From contig NIVC01000633.1 in NCBI GenBank assembly GCA_002269645.1, positions 330,394 to 394,393 on the forward strand: a stretch of DNA of 64,000 nucleotides, in the 5' to 3' direction. The notes beneath the pieces were generated by a model. It had not been told where the DNA came from. It was given only the letters and a program-made list of their open reading frames with translations, and made no database searches. This DNA comes from Macrostomum lignano (Eukaryota). Of the stretch, positions 24,846 to 35,669 are shown piece after piece. The position numbers and the translations under genes were made by a program. Every line of letters begins with the position of its first letter. Within the stretch, counting starts at the first letter, position 1.

Positions 24846-25282
24846 CTTTTCTCTTTTCCTGCAGCTTTTATATAAAAAGAAGCCACTCCAGGCGGTCCAT
24901 GGGCTTCTAAAAATGCTACATATAAAAGTCCATGGGCGGACGCAGTCTCCGCAATCGCTGCAGCAATTACTCACGGAGACCTGCTCTCCATTCAGCTGCG
25001 CCCTTCCTTCCTTCCTGAGGGTCTACCTGCCCCATTGTGTCTCCGAGCCTGCCCCAGCCTCCGCGCTTCATCTGTCTCAGCTTCGGCGAACCGAATCATC
25101 GGAGACCCGAGCTCTCCTAGGCCGGGAGTGCGCATCTAATTAACAGCCCCCCAGCCGTGTGCTGCCCCGCTGTTTCCATAAGTGCTCCCGCTTCATCAGC
25201 CTCTGCGAACCTGATGTTTGCGTGTGCGGCTTCCCCTTACCTCAGCCCGCGTGTCCCCTCTCGGGTTCCGCCTGTGCGTGTC

Positions 25283-26348
25283 TGAGTCATGCACCTGTGC
25301 CTGTTGTGTAACAGTGGGACTGTACCTGTGCCTGTTGTGTAACAGTGGGCTGGTTGTACCTGTGCCTGTTGTGTAACAGTGGGGCTGTACCTGTTGTGTA
25401 ACAGTGGGACTGTACCTGTGCCTGATGTGTAACAGTGGGCTGGTTGCACCTGTGCCTGATGTGTAACAGTGGGGCTGTACCTGTTGTGTAACAGTGGGAC
25501 TGTACCTGTGCCTGATGTGTAACAGTGGGGCTGTACCTGTGCCTGTTGTGTAACAGTGGGGCTGTACCTGTGCCTGTTGTGTAACAGTGGGGCTGTACCT
25601 GTGCCTGATGTGTAACAGTGGGGCTGTACCTGTGCCTGATGTGTAGCAGTGGGACTGTACCTGTGCCTGATGTGTAACAGTGGGCCTGTGCCTGATGTGT
25701 AACAGTGGGCTGGTTGTACCTGTGCCTGATGTGTAACAGTGGGACTGTATCTGTGCCTAATGTGTAACTGGGCTGGCTGTACCTGTGCCTGATGTGTAAC
25801 AGTGGGGCTGTATCTGTGCCTGATGTGTAACAGTGGGACTGTACCTGTGCCTGATGTGTAACAGTGGGACTGTACCTGTGCCTGATGTGTAACAGTGGGA
25901 CTGTATCTGTGCCTGATGTGTAACAGTGGGGCTGTAACTGTGCCTGATGTGTAACAGTGGGACTGTATCTGTGCCTGATGTGTAGCAGTGGGCTGGTTGT
26001 ACCTGTGCCTGATGTGTAACAGTGGGGCTGTACCTGTGCCTGTTGTGTAACAGTGGGACTGTACCTGTGCCTGATGTGTAACAGTGGGACTGTGCCTGAT
26101 GTGTAACAGTGGGCTGGCTGTACCTGTGCCTGATGTGTAACAGTGGGCTGGCTGTACCTGTGCCTGATGTGTAACAGTGGGCTGGCTGTACCTGTGCCTG
26201 ATGTGTAACAGTGGGCTGGCTGTACCTGTGCCTGATGTGTAACAGTGGGGCTGTACCTGTGCCTGATGTGTAACAGTGGGCTGGCTGTACCTGTGCCTGA
26301 TGTGTAACAGTGGGCTGGCTGTACCTATGCCTGATGTGTAACAGTGGG
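25283..26348. repeat. About 31-35 bp minisatellite
   Basis: Unit TGTACCTGTGCCTGATGTGTAACAGTGGG(GC/AC/CTGGC). Confidence 0.95.
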
Positions 26349-26729
26349 AGGCTCGTACATGTACCAATTTCAATCCAGTTTCTCCCGCTTCCCTACGTGC
26401 ATGCTGTACTCTTGTGCGGATCTATTCTGTAGCAAAAATCCGTTTTTCCCTTCTGCTATCAGCGCTGCCTCTGCTGCACCTGCCTACCGAGCGCTAAAAG
26501 CCGCTGTCAGCCCCGTCTCCCCTTCTCTTCTGTCTCCCCTCGCATTGAAAGGATTCTGGATCTTATTTGCTACATTTATTTCGAATCCGTGCCCCTGTAC
26601 CTGAGCAGCTGAGGCGGCTTCGCTCCAGGCTTCATAGAATCTCTCATTTTTGATCTGATTCGGTTCGCATGAACATCGGACCTTGTCATCCGGGATGCAG
26701 TGAAGTAGGCGGCCCAATCAATGCAGCCG

Positions 26730-27484
26730 CAGTTGAGTTGAGTCTCAGTTGAAGCGCCAGTTGAGTCTCAGTTGAAGCGCCAGTTGAGCCTCAGTTGAGT
26801 CTCAGTTGAGTTTCAGTTGAAGCGCCAGTTGAGCCTCAGTTGAGTTTCAGTTAAGTCTCAGTTGAAGCGCCAGTTGAGCCTCAGTTGAGTCTCAGTTGAG
26901 TTTCAGTTAAGTCTCAGTTGAAGCGCCAGTTGAGCCTCAGTTGAGTTTCAGTTGAAGCGCCAGTTGAGCCTCAGTTGAAGCGCCAGTTGAGCCTCAGTTG
27001 AGTTTCAGTTGAGTCTCAGTTGAGTCTCAGTTGAAGCGCCAGTTGAGCCTCAGTTGAAGCGCCAGTTGAGCCTCAGTTGAAGCGCCAGTTGAGCCTCAGT
27101 TGAAGCGCCAGTTGAGTCTCAGTTGAGTCTCAGTTGAAGTGCCAGTTGAGCCTCAGTTGAAGCGCCAGTTGAGCCTCAGTTGAAGCGCCAGTTGAGCCTC
27201 AGTTGAAGCGCCAGTTGAGCCTCAGTTGAAGCGCCAGTTGAGCCTCAGTTGAAGCGCCAGTTGAGCCTCAGTTGAAGCGCCAGTTGAGCCTCAGTTGAAG
27301 CGCCAGTTGAGCCTCAGTTGAAGCGCCAGTTGAGCCTCAGTTGAAGCGCCAGTTGAGCCTCAGTTGAAGCGCCAGTTGAGCCTCAGTTGAAGCGCCAGTT
27401 GAGCCTCAGTTGAAGCGCCAGTTGAGCCTCAGTTGAAGCGCCAGTTGAGCCTCAGTTGAAGCGCCAGTTGAGCCTCAGTTGAAG
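26730..27484. repeat. 23-bp minisatellite built on CAGTTGA subunits
   Basis: Unit CAGTTGAAGCGCCAGTTGAGCCT. Confidence 0.96.
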
Positions 27485-28253
27485 CAAAACTGACACGGAA
27501 ACCATCGGGAGTTTCTTCACCATCAGAAAGCGCTCAGCCCGGCTGATTCATGGACTGGCAGCGCTGGATACCAGAGCTGTCGCGACCTGGGAGACTGTGT
27601 GGGTCCAAGAAGAGTTCTCAAGCCTTGCGCTCGAATTGAGGAACAGTACGAGTGATGAATCAAATCTTGAACTCACAAATCAGTTGAAGCATTCGGTGGG
27701 CGAGCCTGCCTCTATCTCCGCTTCGCCTACAGTGAGCCGCAAACAATCGTGTTCGTTTTAAAAAAAGTTGAAAAGTCAAGGCCCGTGTTGAAATGGCGTG
27801 GAATGAGGCTTTATAAGTTTTTGCATTGTCTGTGCTGCCCCCTGTTAAATCTGCAGTTCATGCATTTACTTGCATAAAACTTAAGTTGTCGATGCTTCAC
27901 CAATAAATATCAATATATATTAATCAATAGTGCTACTCTAACTGGCAACAACAACAAAATACACCGCGCCAGCCGCAGAGGGGGGAGGTGAACGCACGCC
28001 TTTGGGCCGCACTTCTCAAAAACTCAGCTCCTCCAGTCAGAACGGGGCTCTCGCATCCCTCGGAAGCGGCTCGGGGCAGCGCGTCGTCCGCCCTTGGCTT
28101 TGTCTCCGCGGACCCTGCGCCGTCCACATCAGCAGGTCGTGTAGCGGCTCGCGGCAGCGACTCTCCGAACTTACAAACTAAATTGAAAACACCAATTTCT
28201 CAGCTCGAACCCCAGCCCCAACTCTGGGTTCCGACGCGCCCCTTCAGTCAGCG

Positions 28254-29573
28254 TCAGAACAGCGGCGTCGCGAAGACGCCTTCTGGCAGGGCTCTGAACT
28301 TCTTCTCCATGCACCGCCGGAACTCCTCCATGGTGATGGCATCTGGGTCCGCCGGCTGAACCTCGTCGAACAGCTGCTCGAGCTTCTCCGCGGGAGCCTC
28401 GGGCCGCACGGCCGGGCGCACCTGGTCCCCGCACAGGTCGAAGATTGCGGCGGAGACGGCCAGCGCATCCTGCCGGGAGATCTGGCCGTCCGAGTCCACG
28501 TCGTACAGGCGGAACACCCACCGCAGGCGCTCGTCCGCCGGCCCCCGGGTCAGCATGGACAGGGCGCAGACTAGCTCCTCGGTGGTGACCACTCCGTCCC
28601 TGTCGCAGTCCACCGTGTTGAAGACGTAGTGCGCAAACAGGGTGGGGTTGCCCATGGGGAACAGGTAGGCCATGGCGTCCGCGAACTGCCGGCGGCGCAG
28701 CAGGCCGCTGGGGCACTGCTGCTTGAATGCCCGGTAGATCGACTTCACCTCCTCCCGGCTGAAGCGGGTGCGCTGCACCATCTCGCTCAGCGGCGGCGGC
28801 CGGTACCTGTCTCCCAGCCGGCTGCTGCCGCCGAAATTGCCGAATCCGGCGCCGACGATGCCGTCCTTGGCGCGACGCCGGACAAGGAACGGCCTGGCGA
28901 GGATCTCGAGGAGCCGCAGGCGGTAGCGCGCCCGCAGCCGGTCCAGCAGGCCGCAGCCGGTTGGCAGTTCTGCGTCCTCCGCCTGGCGCCGCTCGCGCCT
29001 CTGCTGCGGAGTCTCCACATCGGCGAGCTGCTGCTGCAGGAGGCTGGCCAGCTCGTCCGGCAGGCGGTCCAGGGAGATCTGGTAGCCGCTGGAGCTCATC
29101 AGCGACACGATGGACGGCCGGCCGTGCGCCACGCCCGGCACCGCGAGCCGGTGCTCCGAGCCGAGCTGCGAGCTGTGGCGCGACTCGCGGCGGGCGCTGG
29201 ACGACCGACGGCTGGCGTTGCCGCCGCTTCCGTCGTCCAGGCGCTGTGGGCTGAGCAGCGGTTGCAGAGTCTGCACGCGGCGGGTTGAGTTCTCGCTGCT
29301 GCGGCGGGCCATCGGCTCCGATGACTCAGCCTGTTGTTGTTGCTGCTGCTGCTGGTGCTGCTGCTGCCTCTGCCGCAGCACCGTGCAGGAGCTGGACCGG
29401 CCCGCCACCAGCAGCGAGTAATGGGGCGTCGTCGGCTGCTGCTGCCGGTCCTTCGCAATGGCCGCTGCGGACGAGGGCGTCGCAATGAGCGTCTCGGCGC
29501 TCTCGCCGGCCTCGGCGTCCGGCGAAGTCAGCGTGATGCGGATGTCCCTCTGCTGGCCGGTCATTTTGTTCAT
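28254..29573 (-). CDS. KCNIP: KChIP-like (Kv channel-interacting, neuronal calcium sensor family) EF-hand protein with long low-complexity N-terminus
   Basis: C-terminal ~185 aa carry the KChIP pattern: TRFSREEVKSIYRAFKQQCPSG (inactive EF1 with CPSG), DCDRDGVVTTEE, LRWVFRLYDVDSDGQIS, RPAVRPEAP. First ATG of the ORF at 29573; the frame is open up to 29852, so the 5' end is uncertain. Confidence 0.88.
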   Translation of the reverse strand: MNKMTGQQRDIRITLTSPDAEAGESAETLIATPSSAAAIAKDRQQQPTTPHYSLLVAGRSSSCTVLRQRQQQHQQQQQQQQAESSEPMARRSSENSTRRVQTLQPLLSPQRLDDGSGGNASRRSSSARRESRHSSQLGSEHRLAVPGVAHGRPSIVSLMSSSGYQISLDRLPDELASLLQQQLADVETPQQRRERRQAEDAELPTGCGLLDRLRARYRLRLLEILARPFLVRRRAKDGIVGAGFGNFGGSSRLGDRYRPPPLSEMVQRTRFSREEVKSIYRAFKQQCPSGLLRRRQFADAMAYLFPMGNPTLFAHYVFNTVDCDRDGVVTTEELVCALSMLTRGPADERLRWVFRLYDVDSDGQISRQDALAVSAAIFDLCGDQVRPAVRPEAPAEKLEQLFDEVQPADPDAITMEEFRRCMEKKFRALPEGVFATPLF

Positions 29574-30169
29574 ATCGAAGCTGAGAGCTGAGAGCTGCGC
29601 GCGGTTGAGTCTGGCTGAGCAGTTCTGGTGGGAGGAGCGCAGCGGAGATGTTTTACTGTGGAGGCGAAAGCATCCGAGGCGTAGGAAGAAAGAGAAAAGC
29701 TCTGATTGGCTGCCCTCCCCAAAACCCTCTGGGCGCCGGCCTCTGTCGAGCTCCGGGTGCCGGCGGTCTTGAGGAATTTCTGATATCTGTCCGTCCTCAG
29801 CCTCCCTCCCTGCCTGCGCTGGCGGCTCTGGGACAGGGAAAATCCTTATCACAGATCTCGGGGATTATGCCGTGCCGTCTCTTTCCTCACTGCTTCTTTC
29901 GGATGAAAATATGCTTTTGCTGCTTCCCTGTTACCCTCTTGATCCCTCATCCCGGCAGATACATATCCCAGCTATTAATCTATCCCTAACAACAATGACC
30001 TTTTTCCAATCGGCCTCAAGAGGGCGGCAGAGTTTGAGATCCGATGCAGGGAATTTTAATTTTGCGACTGTACTGGCAGGGTAGGAGGTTCTGATGGACA
30101 GTCTGAGAAGCTGATATTCCGTTTGGGTTGTGAGACATTAGATAGGCAGGCTGCGGCATCAGAGCCTTA

Positions 30170-30549
30170 TGAATGGCATCGGGACTTCATGAATGGCATC
30201 GGGACTTCATGAATGGCATCGGGACTTTATGAGTGGCATTGAGACTTCATAAATGGCATCGGGACTTCATGGGTAGCATTGGGACTACATGAGTGGCATC
30301 GGGACTTCATGAGTGGCATATTGGGACTTTATGAGTGGCATTGAGACTTCATAAATGGCATCAGGACTTCATGGGTAGCATCAGGAATTCATGGATGGCA
30401 TTGGGATTTCATGGGTAGCATCTGGACTTCATGGGTGGCATCGGGACTTCATGGGTGGCATCTGGACTTCATGGGTGGCATCGGGACTTCATGGGTAGCA
30501 TCTGGACTTCATGAGTAGCATCTGGACTTCATGGGTGGCATCGGGACTT
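30170..30549. repeat. 20-bp minisatellite
   Basis: Unit G(A/G)(A/G)TGGCATCGGGACTTCAT. Confidence 0.93.
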
Positions 30550-30924
30550 AAAGTCTATCTACTCTGCACTCTGTCTTTATACACTTCAAGCGGGCTCTCA
30601 ACTGGATGAATCGCGGCACGGGGACAACTTTTCTCCACAGCGCCTTTCCCGCCTTAACCCTTCCTCATCCCCAGCTGAGAAAGGCCGGCCTAATTGCGTT
30701 ACGCCGGCCAGCTGCTCGGAAATTAATCAAGCAAAGTTGTGTCTCCTCTCGGGCGGCAGGCTGGGTAGCAACTGCTTTCGGAATTATTAATGCACTTCGT
30801 ACTCTGCGGTCCACAGCGCCAATGTTGCATTCTGGCCTCTGGTTTCTACTGGGACTCTTGTGAGAGCTGCCAGCCCGACCGAACTAGTGCAATCACTTGG
30901 ATAACAACTCGATATTCACTGCTG

Positions 30925-31650
30925 ATCCGTCACTCTGGAACAAGATCCTCGATTCCCTCCCGGCCTCTGATCCGTCACTCTGGAACAAGATCCGATTCCC
31001 TCCCGGCCTCTGATCCGTCACTCTGGATCAATATCCGATTCCCTCCCGGCCTCTGATCCGTCACTCTGGATCAATATCCGATTCCCTCCCGGCTTCTGAT
31101 CCGTCACTCTGGAACAAGATCCTCGATTCCCTCCCGGCTTCTGATCCGTCACTCTGGAACAAGATCCGATTCCCTCCCGGCCTCTGATCCGTCACTCTGG
31201 ATCAATATCCGATTCCCTCCCGGCTTCTGATCCGTCACTCTGGAACAAGATCCTCTATTCCCTCCCGGCTTCTGATCCGTCACTCTGGAACAAGATCCTC
31301 GATTCCCTCCCGGCTTCTGATCCGTCACTCTGGAACAAGATCCTCGATTCCCTCCCGGCTTCTGATCCGTCACTCTGGAACAAGATCCGATTCCCTCCCG
31401 GCCTCTGATCCGTCACTCTGGATCAATATCCGATTCCCTCCCGGCTTCTGATCCGTCACTCTGGAACAAGATCCTCTATTTCCTCCCGGCTTCTGATCCG
31501 TCACTCTGGAACAATATCCTCTATTCCCTCGCGGCCTTTGATCCGTCACTCTGGAACAATATCCTCTATTCCCTCGCGGCCTTTGATCCGTCACTCTGGA
31601 ACAATATCCTCTATTCCCTCGCGGCCTTTGATCCGTCACTCTGGAACAAT
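30925..31650. repeat. 43-45 bp minisatellite
   Basis: Unit GATCCGTCACTCTGGAACAAGATCCTCGATTCCCTCCCGGC(C/T)TCT. Confidence 0.95.
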
Positions 31651-32136
31651 CCTTGGATCTGCGTCACTCCGCTGTCAAAAATAATTGACTTGTCGAGGGA
31701 AATAGACTTTCTAAGAATCCACGAGAATCCACGAGAAGCGAACAAGGAACCGCAAACACAGCAGTCGCTTTCCTTTCGGATTAACACTCAAGAAATCAAT
31801 GAGAACAAAATATCCCATCCCACTGATCCCCTGTTCTCAAAGCCAGCCAATTCCCGTTGGCAACTAGAATCGGGAATATTCAGGAGAGCTTTAATGCAAT
31901 GCCCAGGTACTCATTGATCTCAGAACTGCCAGCCGCAGCTGCGCTTGGGCGGTGGCTGGGGCGAGGGCCGCCGCCGGTGGCCTAAGCCGGGATTCCTATT
32001 TCATTTTTGCCCCCGCGGAATCGATCGGCCCTGTTGATTCATTCGCCATCAAAGTCAACGAGATTCTGCAGAGATATCCAAGATCGCGGTCTCAATGCTC
32101 ATTAGCGCTTGCTTTAAAGTTCGAGCAAAAGTGCGA

Positions 32137-32400
32137 ACCCATCAGCACCGACACCACAGAACCCATCAGCACTGACACCACAGAACCCATCAGCACCGAC
32201 ACCACAGAACCCATCAGCACCGACACCACAGAACCCATCAGCACCGACACTACAGAACACATCAGCACTGACACCACAGAACCCATCAGCACCGACACCA
32301 CAGAACCCATCAGCACTGACACCACAGAACCCATCAGCACCGACACCACAGAACCCATCAGCACCGACACCACAGAACCCATCAGCACCGACACCGACAT
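32137..32400. repeat. 24-bp minisatellite, about 11 copies
   Basis: Unit CCCATCAGCACCGACACCACAGAA. Confidence 0.95.
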
Positions 32401-32693
32401 CAGCAGAGCAATATTGGCAATTCAAAAGTTCTTAAAAAGTATTCTACTGTTAGTAGGAAAGACCGCTCATTAAAATTCAGGAAGAAAAAACTCTTTTCGA
32501 TATTAAGTTTACGGTGTGAAGTTTCAACCCGTGACTTTTATTATGCAATATTACAGTTGATTTCGGGGAATCAATTTTTGAGAAACACTTGACATGCAGG
32601 TGTGCCACGGGTAGCTACCGAGTTTTATGTGCGCCAAGAAAGACTTAGCAGCAACCTGCTGCACTCAATTTACAACCGCTCGCTTGTAGTAAT

Positions 32694-32903
32694 CGGAGAT
32701 CTGGGATCGGAGATCTGGGATCGGAGATCTGGGATCGGAGATCTGGGATCGGAGATCTGGGATCGGAGATCTGGGATCGGAGATCTGGGATCGGAGATCT
32801 GGGATCGGAGATCTGGGATCGGTGATCTGGGATCGGAGATCTGGGATCGGAGATCTGGGATCGGAGATCTGGGATCGGAGATCTGGGATCGGAGATCTGG
32901 GAT
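32694..32903. repeat. 14-bp minisatellite
   Basis: Unit GATCTGGGATCGGA. Confidence 0.96.
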
Positions 32904-32917
32904 GAGGCATCGGACAA

Positions 32918-33631
32918 TCATGGCTTATTATCCTGAGCTGGGGCACTTTCAGCGGCATAATCTTCAGCAAGGGCAGCAGCCGCCCGTCCTGGTGTTGACC
33001 TTCCCGAAGCCCCAGCTGCCGAGGCCGGGCCCCAGTGTCTTCTTGGAGTCAGCGCCAGCTTAATCTCCAGCTTTGACGCGCTGTCCAGCCAGACTGAATC
33101 TTCAACGACTGTAATTGGACAGCTTTTGTACACAACTCTCTGCTGCTGCTGCTGCGGCGGCGGCGGCTTTGCTGGCTGCGACTCGGCAGCTTTCGAAGCC
33201 TGCCTGGAGACCGCAACAACTCGTCGAGGGCTTCGGCAGCTGCGCCGGCAGGCCGTGGCGCTGATTGGAGCGATGAGGCAGCTGGCAGGCCCGGCGGTCG
33301 GGCTGGCTGTTGAAGCCACCGACGCCACCGAGGCCGGACGCTTGCATGCTGCCCCAGCCGCTGCCGCAGCTGCCAGGGCGCGTCGGGCCGACTCGATCGG
33401 TCGCCGAGTGTCGCGGCTTACCATCGTCAGGTGCCTGACGGCCGCGGAGGTGGAACGCTGCTGTTCAGGTTGTTGCTGCTGATGCTGTGGTGGCAGATCT
33501 GGCTTCACCACTGGCGGCTTGAAGTACAGACTGCCGACATGCTGCTGCTGCTGTTGTTGCTGTTTTTCATCACGGTGCTCAGGCGGCAGCAGAAAGGTCA
33601 CGCCCGTTCTGCCGCCTCCGTCCGCTGCCAT
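32918..33631 (-). CDS. Hypothetical Q/A/P-rich protein or exon, 237 aa, no recognised domain
   Basis: ATG-started, stop-free, GC-rich ORF with CAG polyQ and polyA runs like the other genes here; no homology recognised. Confidence 0.45.
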   Translation of the reverse strand: MAADGGGRTGVTFLLPPEHRDEKQQQQQQQHVGSLYFKPPVVKPDLPPQHQQQQPEQQRSTSAAVRHLTMVSRDTRRPIESARRALAAAAAAGAACKRPASVASVASTASPTAGPASCLIAPISATACRRSCRSPRRVVAVSRQASKAAESQPAKPPPPQQQQQRVVYKSCPITVVEDSVWLDSASKLEIKLALTPRRHWGPASAAGASGRSTPGRAAAALAEDYAAESAPAQDNKP

Positions 33632-34087
33632 GCCCCCTCGCTGTCTGTACAGTCAGGTAAAAATGGCACAGATTCTCGGCTGGAGTTGCTCAACTCAACT
33701 GGCCGGACTGGCGGCGCTTTCTGGGCTTCTTCGTGGCGCGACTGTTAGAGGAGATTTATTTGGAGGCTCGCCGGCCCCTCGGCTCGCGTATTCTGCAGCT
33801 GAGCTGGCCGCCCTCCGCAGCCTCCGGGCTCCGGAAGCGCGGACAATGCACCTGCATCCCCACTTCATAGCGACTGGCTGAGAAGGAGAGAGGGAGAGCT
33901 GAATAAGGAAGAAGCGTTTCGCCTCTCTCGCCAGACGGCGTCCGAGATTAGGATAATGGCGGCCTAAGTAACCCGGGCTGCTCAATGCATAATGCATGGT
34001 CGGTCGCTTGAGCAGCCTGGGTAGTATCGGGATCGCTGCAGCTCAGGCCTCCTGGAGTTTAGGCAAAGGTACAGGTAATTAGGCTTC

Positions 34088-34955
34088 TTAACCACTTCGC
34101 GCCCAAGCTTGGTTCTGTAAGATGGCTTAAAAGCCCAAAGGCCTGCAGAGCAGTCCATAGACAAATTTGTATTTTTTGCTGAATCGAGTGCACACCCTAG
34201 AAGCCCAGAAGTAAAGTATATCACATAGTTTTTCAGCTAGCTCCTGTTCAAACCTTCCTACTCACAAATGGCTTTTACGCGGCCGAATAGGACAGCTAAA
34301 AGTGACGCCTTGCGTAGACTGGGACTCGATTCCGATTCGGAAGACGCTTTATCAAGCAATGACTCGACGGTTTTTGAGTCAGAAACGGAGTCGGAAGGCA
34401 TGGATCCAGAAATTGATCCTGACTGAAGAGTTTCTCACCACAGTCTTGTCACATGGACTAATGAGCGAATGTGGTTGGCAGTCAGGGAGTTCCAGCAGGA
34501 GAGTGCAGAAAATGGCGAGGAAGAGAGCGAGAGTTGTTGCTGAGCTTAGTCGCGAAGTGCTGGGCGAAGGATACCACATATACACGGACGACTCCCAGCA
34601 ACGGAAGCCCAGACTCGCCCAAGCAAACGATTCCGAATTTGAAACCTGACGTTCCAGCTAAGAAGACAGTATTTTGCTGCAGCCAATGTCCCGGAAATCC
34701 TGGTCTCTGTCCAGATCCATGCTAATTCATCCACGCTTTAATTCCCCTTTAACATTTCCCATTTGAGTGAAAACACAATGGAAATGCATAATGGACGTCT
34801 TTAAATCAGTCATGGCCTGCACAGCAGGCCATACTGGGCACTTGCTTTAGTGATTGGGAGATGGTTTTTGATGCCATAGACATTTTTCAATCTCTGGGTT
34901 TCTGGGCCGTTTCGGTATGGCCTGCAGTGCAGGCCTTTGGCTTCCAAATGGTTAA
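34088..34955 (+). mobile_element. Internally deleted piggyBac DNA transposon
   Basis: Fragments RVVAELSREVLGEGYHIYTDD (piggyBac LxGxGYHVYMDN-like) and KKTVFCCSQCPGNPGLCPDPC (C-terminal cysteine-rich domain). TTAA-CC at 34088 and GG-TTAA at 34952; subterminal (G)GCCTGCA motifs near both ends. Confidence 0.65.
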
Positions 34956-35388
34956 GCCCTGATTGGGCTTTGTGAAGAATACCTTCAGTGAGTTTAAAAC
35001 TTAAAGCCTTGTGATGGATCGAGCTTTGGCGCGTCTCAAACAAATTGTCGCGATTCGCTCTCACCTCACGCGTACAAAATGCGCAATCTGGGCTGTGATT
35101 GATTGGAAGTTTAGTTAAAAGTCTATCAACTAAAAACACTTTTGATGAAGTCAATAAGCTGGTGCTTACCGTAGCGTATGTTAAGCGGCATTGTAATTAT
35201 ACTTTTACCCAGACGCAAAAACAAAATATTTTGGCCATTATTCTACAGTTTTGATGTGTACCATAGACATTTGGATTGAAAAAATCATCGCACATCGCTA
35301 CGCGCACTCGTGTTTGGCCATTATTTCAGCCCCTTACCTACTACGCAATCTACCATTATTCAACTCAGTTGCATACTATACAATCTAC

Positions 35389-35653
35389 CATTGTACCATG
35401 ACCTTTGTGCCCGCTGGGCACTTATTCTTGCCTTTTAATGCCATAGACTACATGGAATACTTGGGATTGAATCACATACCGACCTCAAACCCATAGAATA
35501 TCTTATACTTAACTGCCCGCTAATTTGCATTAAAGTAAGTTTGACATAGACAATTTGTTCGATATTTCTTTCCTGCAAGCGGGCTTAAATTTAGTCTATG
35601 GCATTAAAAGGCAGGAATAAGTGCCCAGAGGGTACAAAGGTCATGGTACAATG
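35389..35653. mobile_element. MITE-like element with 62-bp terminal inverted repeats
   Basis: 35389-35450 is the reverse complement of 35592-35653 with about 3 mismatches; TAC flanks both ends. Confidence 0.7.
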
Positions 35654-35669
35654 TACTATTGTCAGCCCT

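Noticed and set aside
25086-26668. 13-bp inverted match GCGAACCGAATCA / TGATTCGGTTCGC flanking a minisatellite
   Set aside because: A match of this length and spacing is expected by chance in 64 kb; no TSD.
28629-29989. Plus-strand ORFs antisense to KChIP (similar shadow ORFs over Domino, the GPCR and the RTE element)
   Set aside because: Shadows of GC3-rich coding sequence on the opposite strand or in alternative frames.
31952-32473. Mucin-like ORF with (EPISTDTT)n
   Set aside because: GTG start, openness mostly due to a 24-bp repeat, and no supporting splice structure.
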